Shown: positions 13,640 to 27,736 of the stretch, in pieces
How the letters are laid out: every line of letters begins with the position of its first letter
Position numbering within the stretch: the first letter of the stretch is position 1
Source: the human T2T-CHM13v2.0 reference genome, Homo sapiens
NCBI RefSeq assembly: GCF_009914755.1
Contig: NC_060932.1
Length of the DNA: 64,000 bases
Strand: one strand, 5' to 3'
Notes under the pieces: generated by a model
What the model saw: only the letters and a program-made list of their open reading frames with translations
The model's database searches: none
What the model was told of the DNA's origin: nothing
Translations under genes and position numbers: made by a program

Positions 13640-16600
13640 GCAACTTCTGAAATGGTATAATAAGGACTTTCAAAAATCTGCCCCTTGATAAAAGCGATGA
13701 GAACACATGCACATGCTGTCAAATCCGACTTTCTCTGAACTCTGAAAATTAACTAAAGGCTTGCAGAAATCTACAGTTATTTATTCAAGAAGATAGCAAA
13801 ATCTCTGTAAGAAGAGCAAGTCTCGTATTATCTTGTGCTGATCACAACTCCCTACCCCAGTTCCATGGTAGCCTTAAAAGCCAAGAGTTTCACAACTACA
13901 GTAGCCAGGAAACTAGGAGCCTTGTAGCCATTGGAAAAGGCTGGCATGATGGATTTGGAGTTCTCCAAACGTCTCATCCCCAGAGAACTTTTACTATTTG
14001 ACCTGGTAGCTTGCTAAAAGTTTCAGTCGCAGAGTCTGTCTCTGTTTAATCCAAGTCAGAGCTTACTCTACAAAAACAGCCTTAGCCACAGGGGATTTGT
14101 CAGAAATAATCAGTGACAATTGCTTAAGGTCACAACTGAGGTGGTATTATCAATTGGGCTTAACAAAATGCTCAACAAAAACCTTAAGAGAAAAATTGAG
14201 GAATGTGATATTCACAGGGGGCTTTGAAAAGCTCCCCAATAAATCTTGAAACCTAGAACAACACACTTTAATGCAAGAAAGACCTGAGAAGGCCCAAAGC
14301 TCTGACCTCTCAGATCTTTAGATTCTGTGCAAGTAGGAAATGAAGCCTAGGCTGAGTAAACAGAGAATTCCATGGCCATATGTGGCAGGCAATTTAGGCT
14401 TCACAGAATTAGTCCAAGAAAGTCACTACACAACAAACAGGAGCAGCAGCAGCAACAACAACACACAGCAGCATCAATAAACCCTGGTGTGTGTGAAGAA
14501 CTCTGGTTTCTATAGTAGCTAATATATATTATTTAAAATATATTTTTCATCAAAACACTAAGAGACATGTAAGAAACAGGAAAGTATGGGCTCTACACAG
14601 GAAATAAAGCCAGCAATAGAGATTGTAGCTGAGAAAGCCTTGATATTTGTATTACTATAAAAATACTTTAGCTATTAAAAATATGTTCAAACACTAAAGG
14701 AAAATATGTCTAAAGGATCAGAGAAAACTGTGATAGCAATTATTTTACCAAACAGCAAATAATAATAAAAATGTAAATTATCTTTTGTTTTAAAAGACCT
14801 AAAGAGAAATCCTGAAGTTAAAATTTACAATAATTTAAATGAAAATGTATTAGAGGGGCTCAACAACATATTACAAACGGCAGAAAAAATAAACAACAAA
14901 TCTGAACACAGGGCACTTAAAACTTTCTAGTCTGAGAATCCAAAAGGGAAAAAAAATATATAAACAAAGCCTTATAAACACCACCAAGCATAACAACATA
15001 GGCATAATTTCTAAGAAAAAAGAGGAGAGAGAGAAAAGGGCAGTAGGAATATTTGAATAAATAAAAATCAAAACCTAACATGTCATGTTAAAAACATTAA
15101 CCTGCACAATCGTGAAGCTTAAACATTTGAAGAAGAAAAACCAAGAGATTCAGCCCTAGACACATTTATTTTCAGCATTCCTTGAACAGTGGCTGATCAC
15201 ACCCAGACACATTATTCTTAAACTGTCTAAAGACAAAAGAAAAATATTGCAATAAAAACAGAGAAGCAATTTAATATAATATCTGCCAAATTTATCCATG
15301 GTGTCACGAATGACAGGATTTTCTTCTTTTAAAATGCTGAATAGAATTTTATGTGTATATATGTTAAATTTTCTTTATTCCTTCATCTATTGTTGGACAT
15401 TTACATTGATTTCCTATCTTGGCTATTGTGAATAATGCTGCAATAAACATGGGAGTACAGATATCTCTTTGACATACTGATTTCAATTCCTTTGAATATA
15501 TACCTAGTAGTAGCATTGCTGGATTATATGTTTGTTCTATTTTCAATTTTTAGAGGAATTTCCATGCTGTTCTCCATAATGGCTGTACTGATTTACATTC
15601 CCACCAAAAGTATCCAGACAGCAGTTTCCAAGGGTTCACTTATGTACCATCCTCTCCAACGCTTATTAGCTTTTGTCTTTTTCACAATAGCCATCCTGAC
15701 AGGTGTCAGATACCACGTGTTCTCACTCTTCTCAATTCTAAAGAATTGATTTCACCAAACTAAGAATAGAATGGTGGTTACCTAGGGTTGATGCAGTTGG
15801 GGAGTGGGTTTGGGTCATGCTAGCCAAATAATACAAATATTTCAGGTAGAAGGAATAAATTCAAGAAATTTATTGTATAATATGGTGACTATAGCTAATA
15901 ACAATACTTTGCATTTTTGAAAAAATTAAAAGATAGATGTTAAGTGTTTTCATCACAAAAATGATAGCTATGTGGGGTAATGCACATGTTAATTAGCTAC
16001 ATTTAGTCATTCCATAATGTATGTATAATTCAAAATATCATGTTGTAGATAATAAATATATGCAATTTTATCTGCCAATACTAAATAATAAAATTAGAGA
16101 AGCAAGGCATCCTCAATATCTTTAACAACTAACTTAATCAGAAACAATGTAGGCTAAAAGGCAGTGGGATGTTGTATTCAAAGTGATGAAAGAAAAAGAA
16201 TGTAGCCAAGAATTGTGTCTTTGAACAAACTGTCCTTCACAAACAAAGGAACAATTGAGATGCCTTGAGTTAAATTGAAACAGAGAGAATTTATTGCTAT
16301 CCGATGTGCCATAGAAGAAATAATAGAGTAAGACTTTCAGGCTTAAAAGAAGGGACACTTACAGTGTAATCTGAATACACTTAAATAATAAGATTATTAT
16401 TGAATAATTAGATTATTATTACTAAAAACTATGTTTTATTTGTAACTCATCTCCTGATTTAAAAATAACTGCGTAAAGTGATATTTACAAAACTGACTTA
16501 ATGTACTTATAACATATAACTATGTAATTTGTTTGACTATACTAGTACAAGGAGGAAAGAGATGCAAAGCTGTATTTTAGCAAGGTTTTTGTATATTATT

Positions 16601-17100
16601 TAAATTAACTTGGCATTAATCCAAAGTCTATTGCTTTAAATTAAATGTAATTATAATCCCCAAGACAACTTTAAAGAAAATATTTCAAATGATATAGCAA
16701 AATACGTAACAAGCAAATTAAAGTGTTGTGCTGTAAAATACTTAATACAAATAACCAGTAATGAAAGAATACAGGATCAGAAAAGACGTAATATATGTAA
16801 AAATGGCAAAATGGCAGGCATACATTCTATATGATCAGTCCATGCATAAATGTAAAAGTACCAAGAGGCAGGTAAAAAAAGAGATTAGTAGTATAAAAAG
16901 TAAAAACATGAACAATTTTGAGTCAAAGTAGTAAATAAGTTCAAAGCAAAAAGTTTGGAAAATATATACCATGCAAACAGCACCCACAAGAGAGCTGGAA
17001 TGGCTATATTAATTTCAGGCAAAATAGACTTTAACAAAAATTGTTACCAGAGACAAAGAATAATGGATTATAATAATAAAAATGTCAATAAATCAATTAT
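13640..17100 (+). mobile_element. Old L1M 5' region/ORF1/ORF2-start relic, interrupted by an L1MA at 15270-16095
   Basis: Degenerate ORF1-like A-rich sequence; ORF2 endonuclease remnant ENIYHANS..RAGMAILISGKIDF at 16955. Confidence 0.75.
15270..16095 (+). mobile_element. L1MA 3' end with 5' inversion (antisense 15270-15706, sense 15707-16095)
   Basis: Antisense ORF2 C-terminus ([14 protein letters not shown]) joined to sense L1MA 3'UTR; TSD agagaagcaa at 15260-15269 and 16096-16105. Confidence 0.85.
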
Positions 17101-17619
17101 AATCATATATGGATTCAGATTACCTTATTTGAGGCCAAGATATCTTGTTTCTAACACTATTATTTGCCCATATCGGAAATGTTTAAAAGCTTTGTCATGA
17201 ATTTTGGTGCAAAAGATGTTCTAATTATGCATTTATTTGATTTTTCTACAGTTAATAATTATTTTCCATCTGAGGGATGTGCCATAATAAGATCCTAGAT
17301 TAGTATAAGGAAGATTTTTGTTTTGTTTTGTTTTTTGTTTTTTGGAAAGACAGAGAGGGGTGATTTTAATAAAAAAGTTTGGAAAGAAGAACTGCGCGAC
17401 ATGCCAACCATAGATAAAATCTCAGTAATCAATTGTATTAGATTGAATCATATATAATTGCCATTTTTGGATACAAGATATTTAAATATGTACAGTTTCA
17501 TATGGTTCAATATTAATAAGAAGGAGCTTGTATAGAAATGAATAATATTCCTGGAGAAAATTTGTATATCCCTAGGGATATATAGCCACATCAGTTTGAT
17601 AATGATTTCTATATCATGT

Positions 17620-18100
17620 CACACTTAACTCATTGCATTTTAAGTACTTGTTCATGTCTTTTCTCTAACTAGGCCCATGATCCTTTAAGTAATGAGCCAA
17701 ACCTCACTTATTTTTTAGTCTCAAATACAAAGCATAATAACAACATTACAGATGTTACATGAATAATTAAATGAATACATGAAGATTTCACATTCCCTTT
17801 ATTTTTGTCATTCTATATTTATAAAATCTTTCCAGCAAGCTCTCCAACGTCATCTTACATAATCTTTACTCAAGCTACACTGGCTTTCTTTCCTGTCCTC
17901 AAATGCACTAACATATTGCTCACCTCAACATTTCCACAAATGTTCTTTTATTCATTCCTTGATTATTTTTGCCTTGACTAACTTCTATTAATAATTCAAA
18001 ACATAATTCGTATTTGAATTCTTCTTCCAAAACGCTTCTTCCAAAACACTTATCCTGATTCATTCTTCCAACATTAATAAGGTCGTCCTTCTCATGTGTT
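17620..18100 (+). mobile_element. L2 fragments
   Basis: ttaaatgaatacatgaa terminus and gctacactggctttctttcctgtcctcaaatg motif. Confidence 0.55.
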
Positions 18101-18164
18101 CTACATAGCATATATATGTGTTATGTATCATATATATGTGTGTTATGTATCATATATATACTTA

Positions 18165-18276
18165 AATAGTCCAAGAGAAGGCAATTTATTTTCACTTTAT
18201 CGATCAAACCATGCAATCATATGTTTCACTGAAGGAAAAACAACCTCCTTAATATATTTTTATGTTTTCTTAATAT
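18165..18276 (+). repeat. ~110-bp dispersed direct duplicate of 18900-19015, embedded in TA-rich repeat
   Basis: Manual alignment: about 8 substitutions and 3 small indels. Confidence 0.9.
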
Positions 18277-20668
18277 AACTGTATTTCATGGATGTACTGA
18301 TATATATGCATATATATATATATCTTACAGTGATTTAGAAACAAGGTAGGAACATTAATAAAGTTATAACTTGCAAAGAATTTATTTTAAATATATACAT
18401 ACTTATACATACAAACAAGTGATAGTTTAGAAGTTTAATATTAACTTAATACTAAGTAATATGAAGTAATAGCCATGTATTATTGATTCTTCTTTAGCAT
18501 TTAATGTGCATTAACATTTTATAAATAGCAATGTCTCACTACATCTTCTAGTAGATGTCATTTGTCCATTAATTTGAACCACTGAGAAAAGAGAATTTAT
18601 ATGTCAAGGTTATAAGATGGTAAAATATGGCATTTAATTATCTTATAGTTGAATAGAGAAGTTAAGAAAGAGCATGATATGGAACTAATGGACCAGCAAG
18701 AATGCAAAGTACCTTTCAGCACTGAAGTAATCGGGCAGAACAGTGGAAGAGACCACAATAAATGATTACTTCATTAATTTTAAAATTAAAGGGCAAGATA
18801 AGGCGGCCACTATCATGGAGTTATTAAGGTAAAACAAGCTAATCAGCACATTTCAAGTGTAAAGTTGTCAGCTAATCATGCAATGAGTACCAATTTCTGA
18901 ATAGTACAAGAGAAAGCAATTTATTCTCACTTTATCAATCAAACCAGGCAATCATACGTGTTTCACTGGAGAAAAACAAAAACCTCCTTAATTTATTTTT
19001 ATCTTTTCTTAATATGATTTATCTATCATGCATTGGTAGGCAAACTATCAGAAGACAGTAATTTTTTATTTCATTCTCAAAAGCGTTAGAAAAATGACTT
19101 TTTTTTCAAAATAACATTAAACATGAAAACCTTTCACACTTAGTCACACTGACATAGTGATTGTTGTCATGAACCATCAACTCATTTATATCCTTAACCT
19201 CTTTTTACCAAAAAGTTTTACTGGTAGAAATATTTAAAAATAATTTTATACAACACTGTATTAACATAGTCTATATGTAGAATGCTAAATCTGGAAATGA
19301 GAGAAAAATAATCAGGATAAAGAAATCATTTTTTCCCAAAATCAGGGCTCAAAAATTTAGCCCCTAAAACAGAGCTAGAAAATTTTTTGACAACAAATAT
19401 CTTAAATTAAGTGGCAAATAAGGAAAACAGCTCAGAAAAGGTAAAGGCTCTAGGATTACATTGAAGGCCTATATTTGTGTTCAGTTTACCTAAATAGCAA
19501 GGGGAAAAAACAACATTTAATTAATGCTAATGACCATGTCTGTGAAATGCTTGTGTATAAAAGCAAAATTGATAGGTAGATTGATAAATAGGTTAATAGG
19601 TAGAGATCATTCTGATACTGAGGATGATAAGATATCAAGGGCTAGATGTTCTCTCTCACCATAAAAAAACTGAAAACCTGGGCAGAGATACAAAACAACA
19701 TTTTTCAAACATTGAATAAAAGATATCACAGAATTGTGATCTCTGAGAAAAGAGAAATGAATAAAATGAGCCATACAATTGCTCTAGCTTTCTCCCTGAA
19801 TTCAATTTCTTGAATATGTGAGAAGAGAGGGGATAACCAAATAAGGCATAGTGTTCATGATGAATCAAGTAGACTAAGGCAGATAGAAATTATGTGACTG
19901 TGTTAGAAGGGAGGCAGTATGCAATAAAAGAACTCTAGGAGACCCCTTAAAGCTTTGTTAATTACTAAGAAGTATATCCACAGGGTGAAACTCTATGAGT
20001 CTGAACAGGAGGAATCAGAGAGGTGGGAGCTGAATTTATCCCAGTGCAATAGTAGGGCTGGGAACTGTTTGAATTTCAATCATTTAGGGTAGAGAGTACT
20101 CAATGATTACTTGGGGTATTCAACAGAAACCTCAGAAAGGCCACACTTAATATTTGGCTCAACTATACTTACATTAAAAGACACCTTAACAGAGCTTAAA
20201 AGTAAGTCTCCAAGGATAAAATTGAACCAAAATAAATTAACTGCTTGCCAAAACAAGCTTCAGTTCTCTTTAAAAGAAGATAACAAAACCCAGACACAAC
20301 AATATAAAATTTAAAATATCCAAGATCCAGAAAGCAATAAAATATAATGCATATACAGAAGACAATCAGTCAACAGAAAGAAGACAATCAGAAATAACAG
20401 CCAGAGGTATTAAACAGCTTTTATAACATGCACCATTATTTTTTTAAATGAATGTAATTTGCAGAGAAATGGAAATATAAAATAGAGCCTGAAAGAACTT
20501 CTACAGATGAGAAATACAACATCTAAAAGGCAAAATTAGCTAAACAGAAATATATTTTATCTATTACTTATATAAAATAACAGATCAGTAAACTTGAACA
20601 CAGCAGAAGAAATTAACTGAGGGAAGACACAAAGAGGAAAGCACTGGGGAAAATAGCGTCTTAGTGAC

Positions 20669-21018
20669 TGTATTAGTCCATTTTCATGCTGCTAATAAAG
20701 GCATACCTGAGACTGGGTAATTTACACAGTAAAAATGATTTAATGGGTTTACAGTTTCACATGGCTGAGGAGGCCTCACAATCATGGCAGAAGGCAAGGA
20801 GAAAGTCACGTCTTACATGGATGGCAGCAGGCAAAGAGAGAGCTTGTGCAGGAAAACACCCCCGTATAGAACCATCAGATCTTGTAAGACTGATTGACTA
20901 TCATGAGAACAGAATGGGAAAGACCTGCCACATGATTCAGTTACCTCCTACTGGGTCCCTCCCACAACATGTGGGAATTCAAGATGAGATTTGGGTTGGA
21001 CACAGTCAAACCATGTCA
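20669..21018 (-). mobile_element. THE1B solo LTR (MaLR)
   Basis: tgtattagtccattttcatgctgct...aaccatgtca; 5-bp TSD gtgac/ttgac. Confidence 0.93.
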
Positions 21019-21692
21019 TTGACTTATAAACACCTAGTATCTAGTGGTCTAATATACATGTATCTGAACTCCAGAAAACAGTGGAGGGTAGTGGTGGAGG
21101 GTAAACCAAAAACATATTTGAAAGAAATCTTTGTTGAAAATTTCTAAATTTAAAGAAACTATAAGCCCATGGATTCAAAGTTATAAATTCTAATAAGAGT
21201 AATAAATAACAAAACCATACCAATGCACATTGTAGTTAAAAATCCTAAAAAACAGAAGTAAAGAGAAAAAGTTTAAAATAGCTGGAGATAAATGACACAT
21301 AAAATAAAAAAAGAGCACATTCATTCACAGACTTCTCATCAGAAACCTACAGCTCTATACCAAAACCAATACCTTTCATAAATAATGGCAAATAAAAGTT
21401 GTTGTTTAGATTTTGGGAATACAAGTGCAGACTTTTAACATGTATACATTGTGTAGTGGTGAATCCTGGGCTTTTAGTGTACCTATCACCTTAAAAATAT
21501 TTTCTTATAAAAATATCAAAGAATTTCTTGCCAGCATATCACCAGCACAGGAAATGTTTAAAAGAAGTTTTTAAGAAGACAAAATACCAGATGGAAACGT
21601 AGATATAGTGTTCTGGAAGTAAATATTTTTCCAAAAATGTGTAATTATTTAAAGCCAACATATTAACAATGTGTTATAGAATTCAAAGCACC

Positions 21693-21696
21693 TGTT

Positions 21697-21764
<68 letters not shown>

Positions 21765-21776
21765 TATATACTATAT
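21693..21776. repeat. (TG)n(TA)n(CA)n microsatellite
   Basis: Long pure TA run. Confidence 0.95.
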
Positions 21777-23191
21777 AGAAATAATAGCACAAAAAAGCAA
21801 GGGGAAATGGCAGGGTCCAAGTGTAAAGTTCTTATATTGTATTTGAAGTGGTATGAAAGTATTTGAATGTAGAATGCAGTAAGTAAAAGATAAAATGTGC
21901 CTTTCTTAGGTCAATCACTAATCAATCAATCAATCATGATGTATACTAAAAACAGTGAAAATAATTTGAAATTTTATAAAATAAATAATTTATTCAAAAT
22001 AAGGCAGGAGAGCAGAAAAGAGAAACAATGAACAGATGGAGCCTATAAAAATCACGTAAATTGATAGATTTAAACCCAAACATGCTGATAACAATATTAT
22101 ATCTAACAGTCTAAACACTGCAATTAAGCTACAGAGTTTTCTCATAGAATAAAACAATAAAACCCAAATACGTGCTGTCTGTAAGAAATCAATTTAAAAT
22201 ACAAATATGCAGATGGGTTAAAAGTAAAGGAATGAGGAAAAAAGAGACCATGCAAACACTAATGATAAAGTTTAAGTGGCTGTGTAATTATCAGTGTAAA
22301 CTATAAAAAGAAATATTGCTAATGATAGTGAAAAGTATATTGTACAAAGATTAAGTATTCAATGCAACAAGGCAAATAGTATAACAATCCTAAGTGTGTT
22401 TATACCCGGTAAAGTACTTCAAAATACATGACAGAAAAACTGACAAAACCAAGAAAAAGTAGACAAATTTGTCATTACTATTGGAAATTGCAACACTCTT
22501 CACTCATAATTTATAAACCTCAGTAGAATACATATTTTTTTCAAGTACACTTGGGGTGTTTACCAGGGCAGATTATGTGCCAAGCCTTGAACAAATCTGA
22601 ACAAACTCAAAAATAGATTAACTTACACAGTGTATTTTCTGAGCACAATAGGAGTGAATTAGAAACCAATATCTCTTTCCAGTGTATATATACACATATA
22701 TATACATATATATATTTTAAGAGACACAAATACTTTTAAATTAAATACCACATGACTAACTGAGCTATGCACCACAGAATACATTATGAAGTAAATTATA
22801 CGACACTTTGAACTGAATGACAATGGAAGCTCTACATGTAAAATTTGTGGGATGAAACTAAAGCAGTACTTAGAGGGAAAACTATTGCTTTATATACTAC
22901 ATTAGAAAAGAAGAAAGATCTAAAACCACTGATCTAAGCTTTCACCTTAATAACTAGAAATCAGAAGGAGGAAATTAAATCCATAGTCGATAGAAGGAAA
23001 GAAATAACATCGAAATGATAAAAAATATAAGTGATTAAAATAATCTATAACATTGAAAGTGAATTTTTTAAAGGATAATTACATTGATAATAACTCTATA
23101 CAAAGTGACCAATATAAAAAAATGAAAGATTAGATGGAAGTATTTTACAGATATTTAAGTATAATGATAAACTATTATGAGCAATTTTTTT

Positions 23192-25373
<2,182 letters not shown>

Positions 25374-25621
25374 TCAATCATTGCCTTGTGGCTGCAGTGA
25401 AATATGAGGGGATTACTTGAATGGACCCCAAGAGAATCAATTGTGATAATAGACATGTTTGATATATTTAAATTGTGCTGATGGTTATATGCATGTATCA
25501 TATGTCAGAAGATATCAATCTGCACAATTAAAATAAGCCCATTTCATGATTTGTAAATTGTCATTTAATAAACAAGGAAACTACAAATATTGAAAGACTA
25601 TTGTGTTAAAAGTTCAAATAG

Positions 25622-27551
25622 CATTAAAGTTTACTATTGATATGTGATATTTTGATGCTGTCATGGTGTTGTTAGCTGGTTGTTTTGTAGACATGATTGT
25701 GTAATTGCTTTATAGTGTTTGTGGGTTATATACATAAGTGTATTTTTGTGGTAGCAGGTATCTTTTGTTTCCAAGTTTAGCGCTTCCTTAAGAATCTCTT
25801 CTAAGGTTGGTCTAGTGGTAATGATTCCTTCAGTGTTGCTTGTCTGAAAAGTATTTTATTTCTATTTTAATTTTGAAGCTTAGTTTAGTGGAATATGAAA
25901 TTCTTGGTTGGAATTTCTTTATTGAAGGATGCTGAAAATAGGCCCCCAAATTATTCTGGCTTGGAAGGTTTCTGCTGAAAGGTCTGCTGTTAGCCTGATA
26001 AAATTCCCTTTGTAATTGACTTGATCCTTCTTTCTAGCTACCTTTAAGACTTTTTTCCACATTGACTTTAGTGAATTTGATGACTATATGCCTTGGGGAT
26101 GTTTATCTTACAAACTATCTCACAAGAGTAGTATATTCCTTCTACAAGGCTACAGTAACCAAAACAACATGGCACTGGTACAAAAACAGACGTATATACC
26201 AATGGAACAGAATAGAGATCACAGAAATAAAGCCATACATTTACAGTCATCTGATTTTTAACAAAGTTGACAAAAATAAGGAATGGGGAAAGGACTCCCT
26301 ATTCAATAAATGGTGCTGTGTTAACTGTCTATCCAAATGCAGATTAATACAACTAAACCCCTACATATTACCACATACAAAAATTAACTCAAGATGGATT
26401 GAAGACTTAAATGTAAGGCCACAACCTATAAAAAAAATCCTAGGAAACATTCTTCTCGATATCAGCCTTGACAAAGAATTTATAGTTAAGTCCTCAAAAG
26501 GAATTGCAACAAAAACAAAAATTGATAAGTGGAACCTAATTAAACTAAAGAGCTTCTGTACTGCAAGAGAGACTATCAGTTAAGCAAATAGGCAACCTAC
26601 AGAATGGGATAAAATATTGGCAGACTATGCATCTGACAAAGGTCTACAATCCAGAATCTACAAGAAACTTAAATTTATAAGCAAAAAATCAACTCCTTTA
26701 AATAATGGACAAAAAACATGAACAGACACTTCTCAAAAGAAGACATGAAAGCAGCCAACAAACACGTGAAAAAATGCTCAACATCACTAATCATCGGAGA
26801 AATGCAAATCAAAACCACAATAAGATACCAAATCACACCAGTCAGAAAGGCTTTAGTTAAAAAGTCAAAACTTAACAGATGTTGGTGAGGCTGTGGAGAA
26901 AAGCAGATGCTTAAACACTGTTAGTGGGAATGTAAATTAGTCTAGCCACTGTGGAAAGCAGATTGGAAATTTCTCAAAGAACTTAAAACAGAACTACCAT
27001 TCAACCCAACCATCCCATTACTGGGTATATACCCAAAGAAGTACAAATCTTTCTTCCAAAAGAACACATGCACCTGTATGTTCATCGCAGCACTATTTAA
27101 ATAGCGAAAACGTGGAATCAACTCAGGTGCCCTTCAATAATGGATTGAATTTAAAAAAAATGTGATACTTATACATCGTGGAATACTATGAAGCTATAAA
27201 AAGAATTAAATCCTGTCTTTTACAGCAACATGAATGCCGCTGGAGACCATTATCTTAAGCAAACTAACACAGTAATAGAAAATTGAATACAACATGTTCT
27301 CGCTTACAAGTGGGACATAAACACTGGGTAAACATGAACAAAAAATGGCAACAATAGACACTAGAGGCTACTAGAGGGGAGAAGGAAGGATGGGGGCAAA
27401 GGCTGAAAAGCTAACTATTGGATAGTATGCTCACTACCTGGGTGACAGGTTCAGTCACACCCCAAACTTCAGCATTACACAATATACCTTTGTAGCAAAC
27501 CTGCACGTGTATCACTTAATTCTAAAATAAAAGTTGAAAAAGAAAAAAAAA
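25622..27551 (+). mobile_element. L1PA16/17-like with inverted 5' part (antisense ORF1-end segment ~25622-26128; sense ORF2 end plus 3'UTR ~26141-27551)
   Basis: Sense [10 protein letters not shown]; 3' end ctaaaataaaagttgaaaa; possible diverged TSD tcaaatagca/tcaaataaca. Confidence 0.8.
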
Positions 27552-27736
27552 TCAAATAACAAGGAGAATTTGGGTGGGAGAAGAAAAAGTAGTAGAACTC
27601 TGGGAGTGTTTGAAAAGAGAAAAGTATTAATAGAATTTGGTGGATTAATGACAAGATGAGGGCAGGGGACAATTAACCTCTCTTTATCATTTACTTTATT
27701 ACTTAATGAGAGAATAAAAGTAAGACACTCTATCAA

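Larger units (their letters stand above)
19610..23175 (+). mobile_element. Old L1M (MC/ME-type) 5'/ORF1/ORF2 relic with nested insertions
   Basis: Degenerate ORF1 and ORF2 endonuclease-region sequence (aaatttgtgggatgaaactaaagcagtacttagaggg). Confidence 0.75.
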
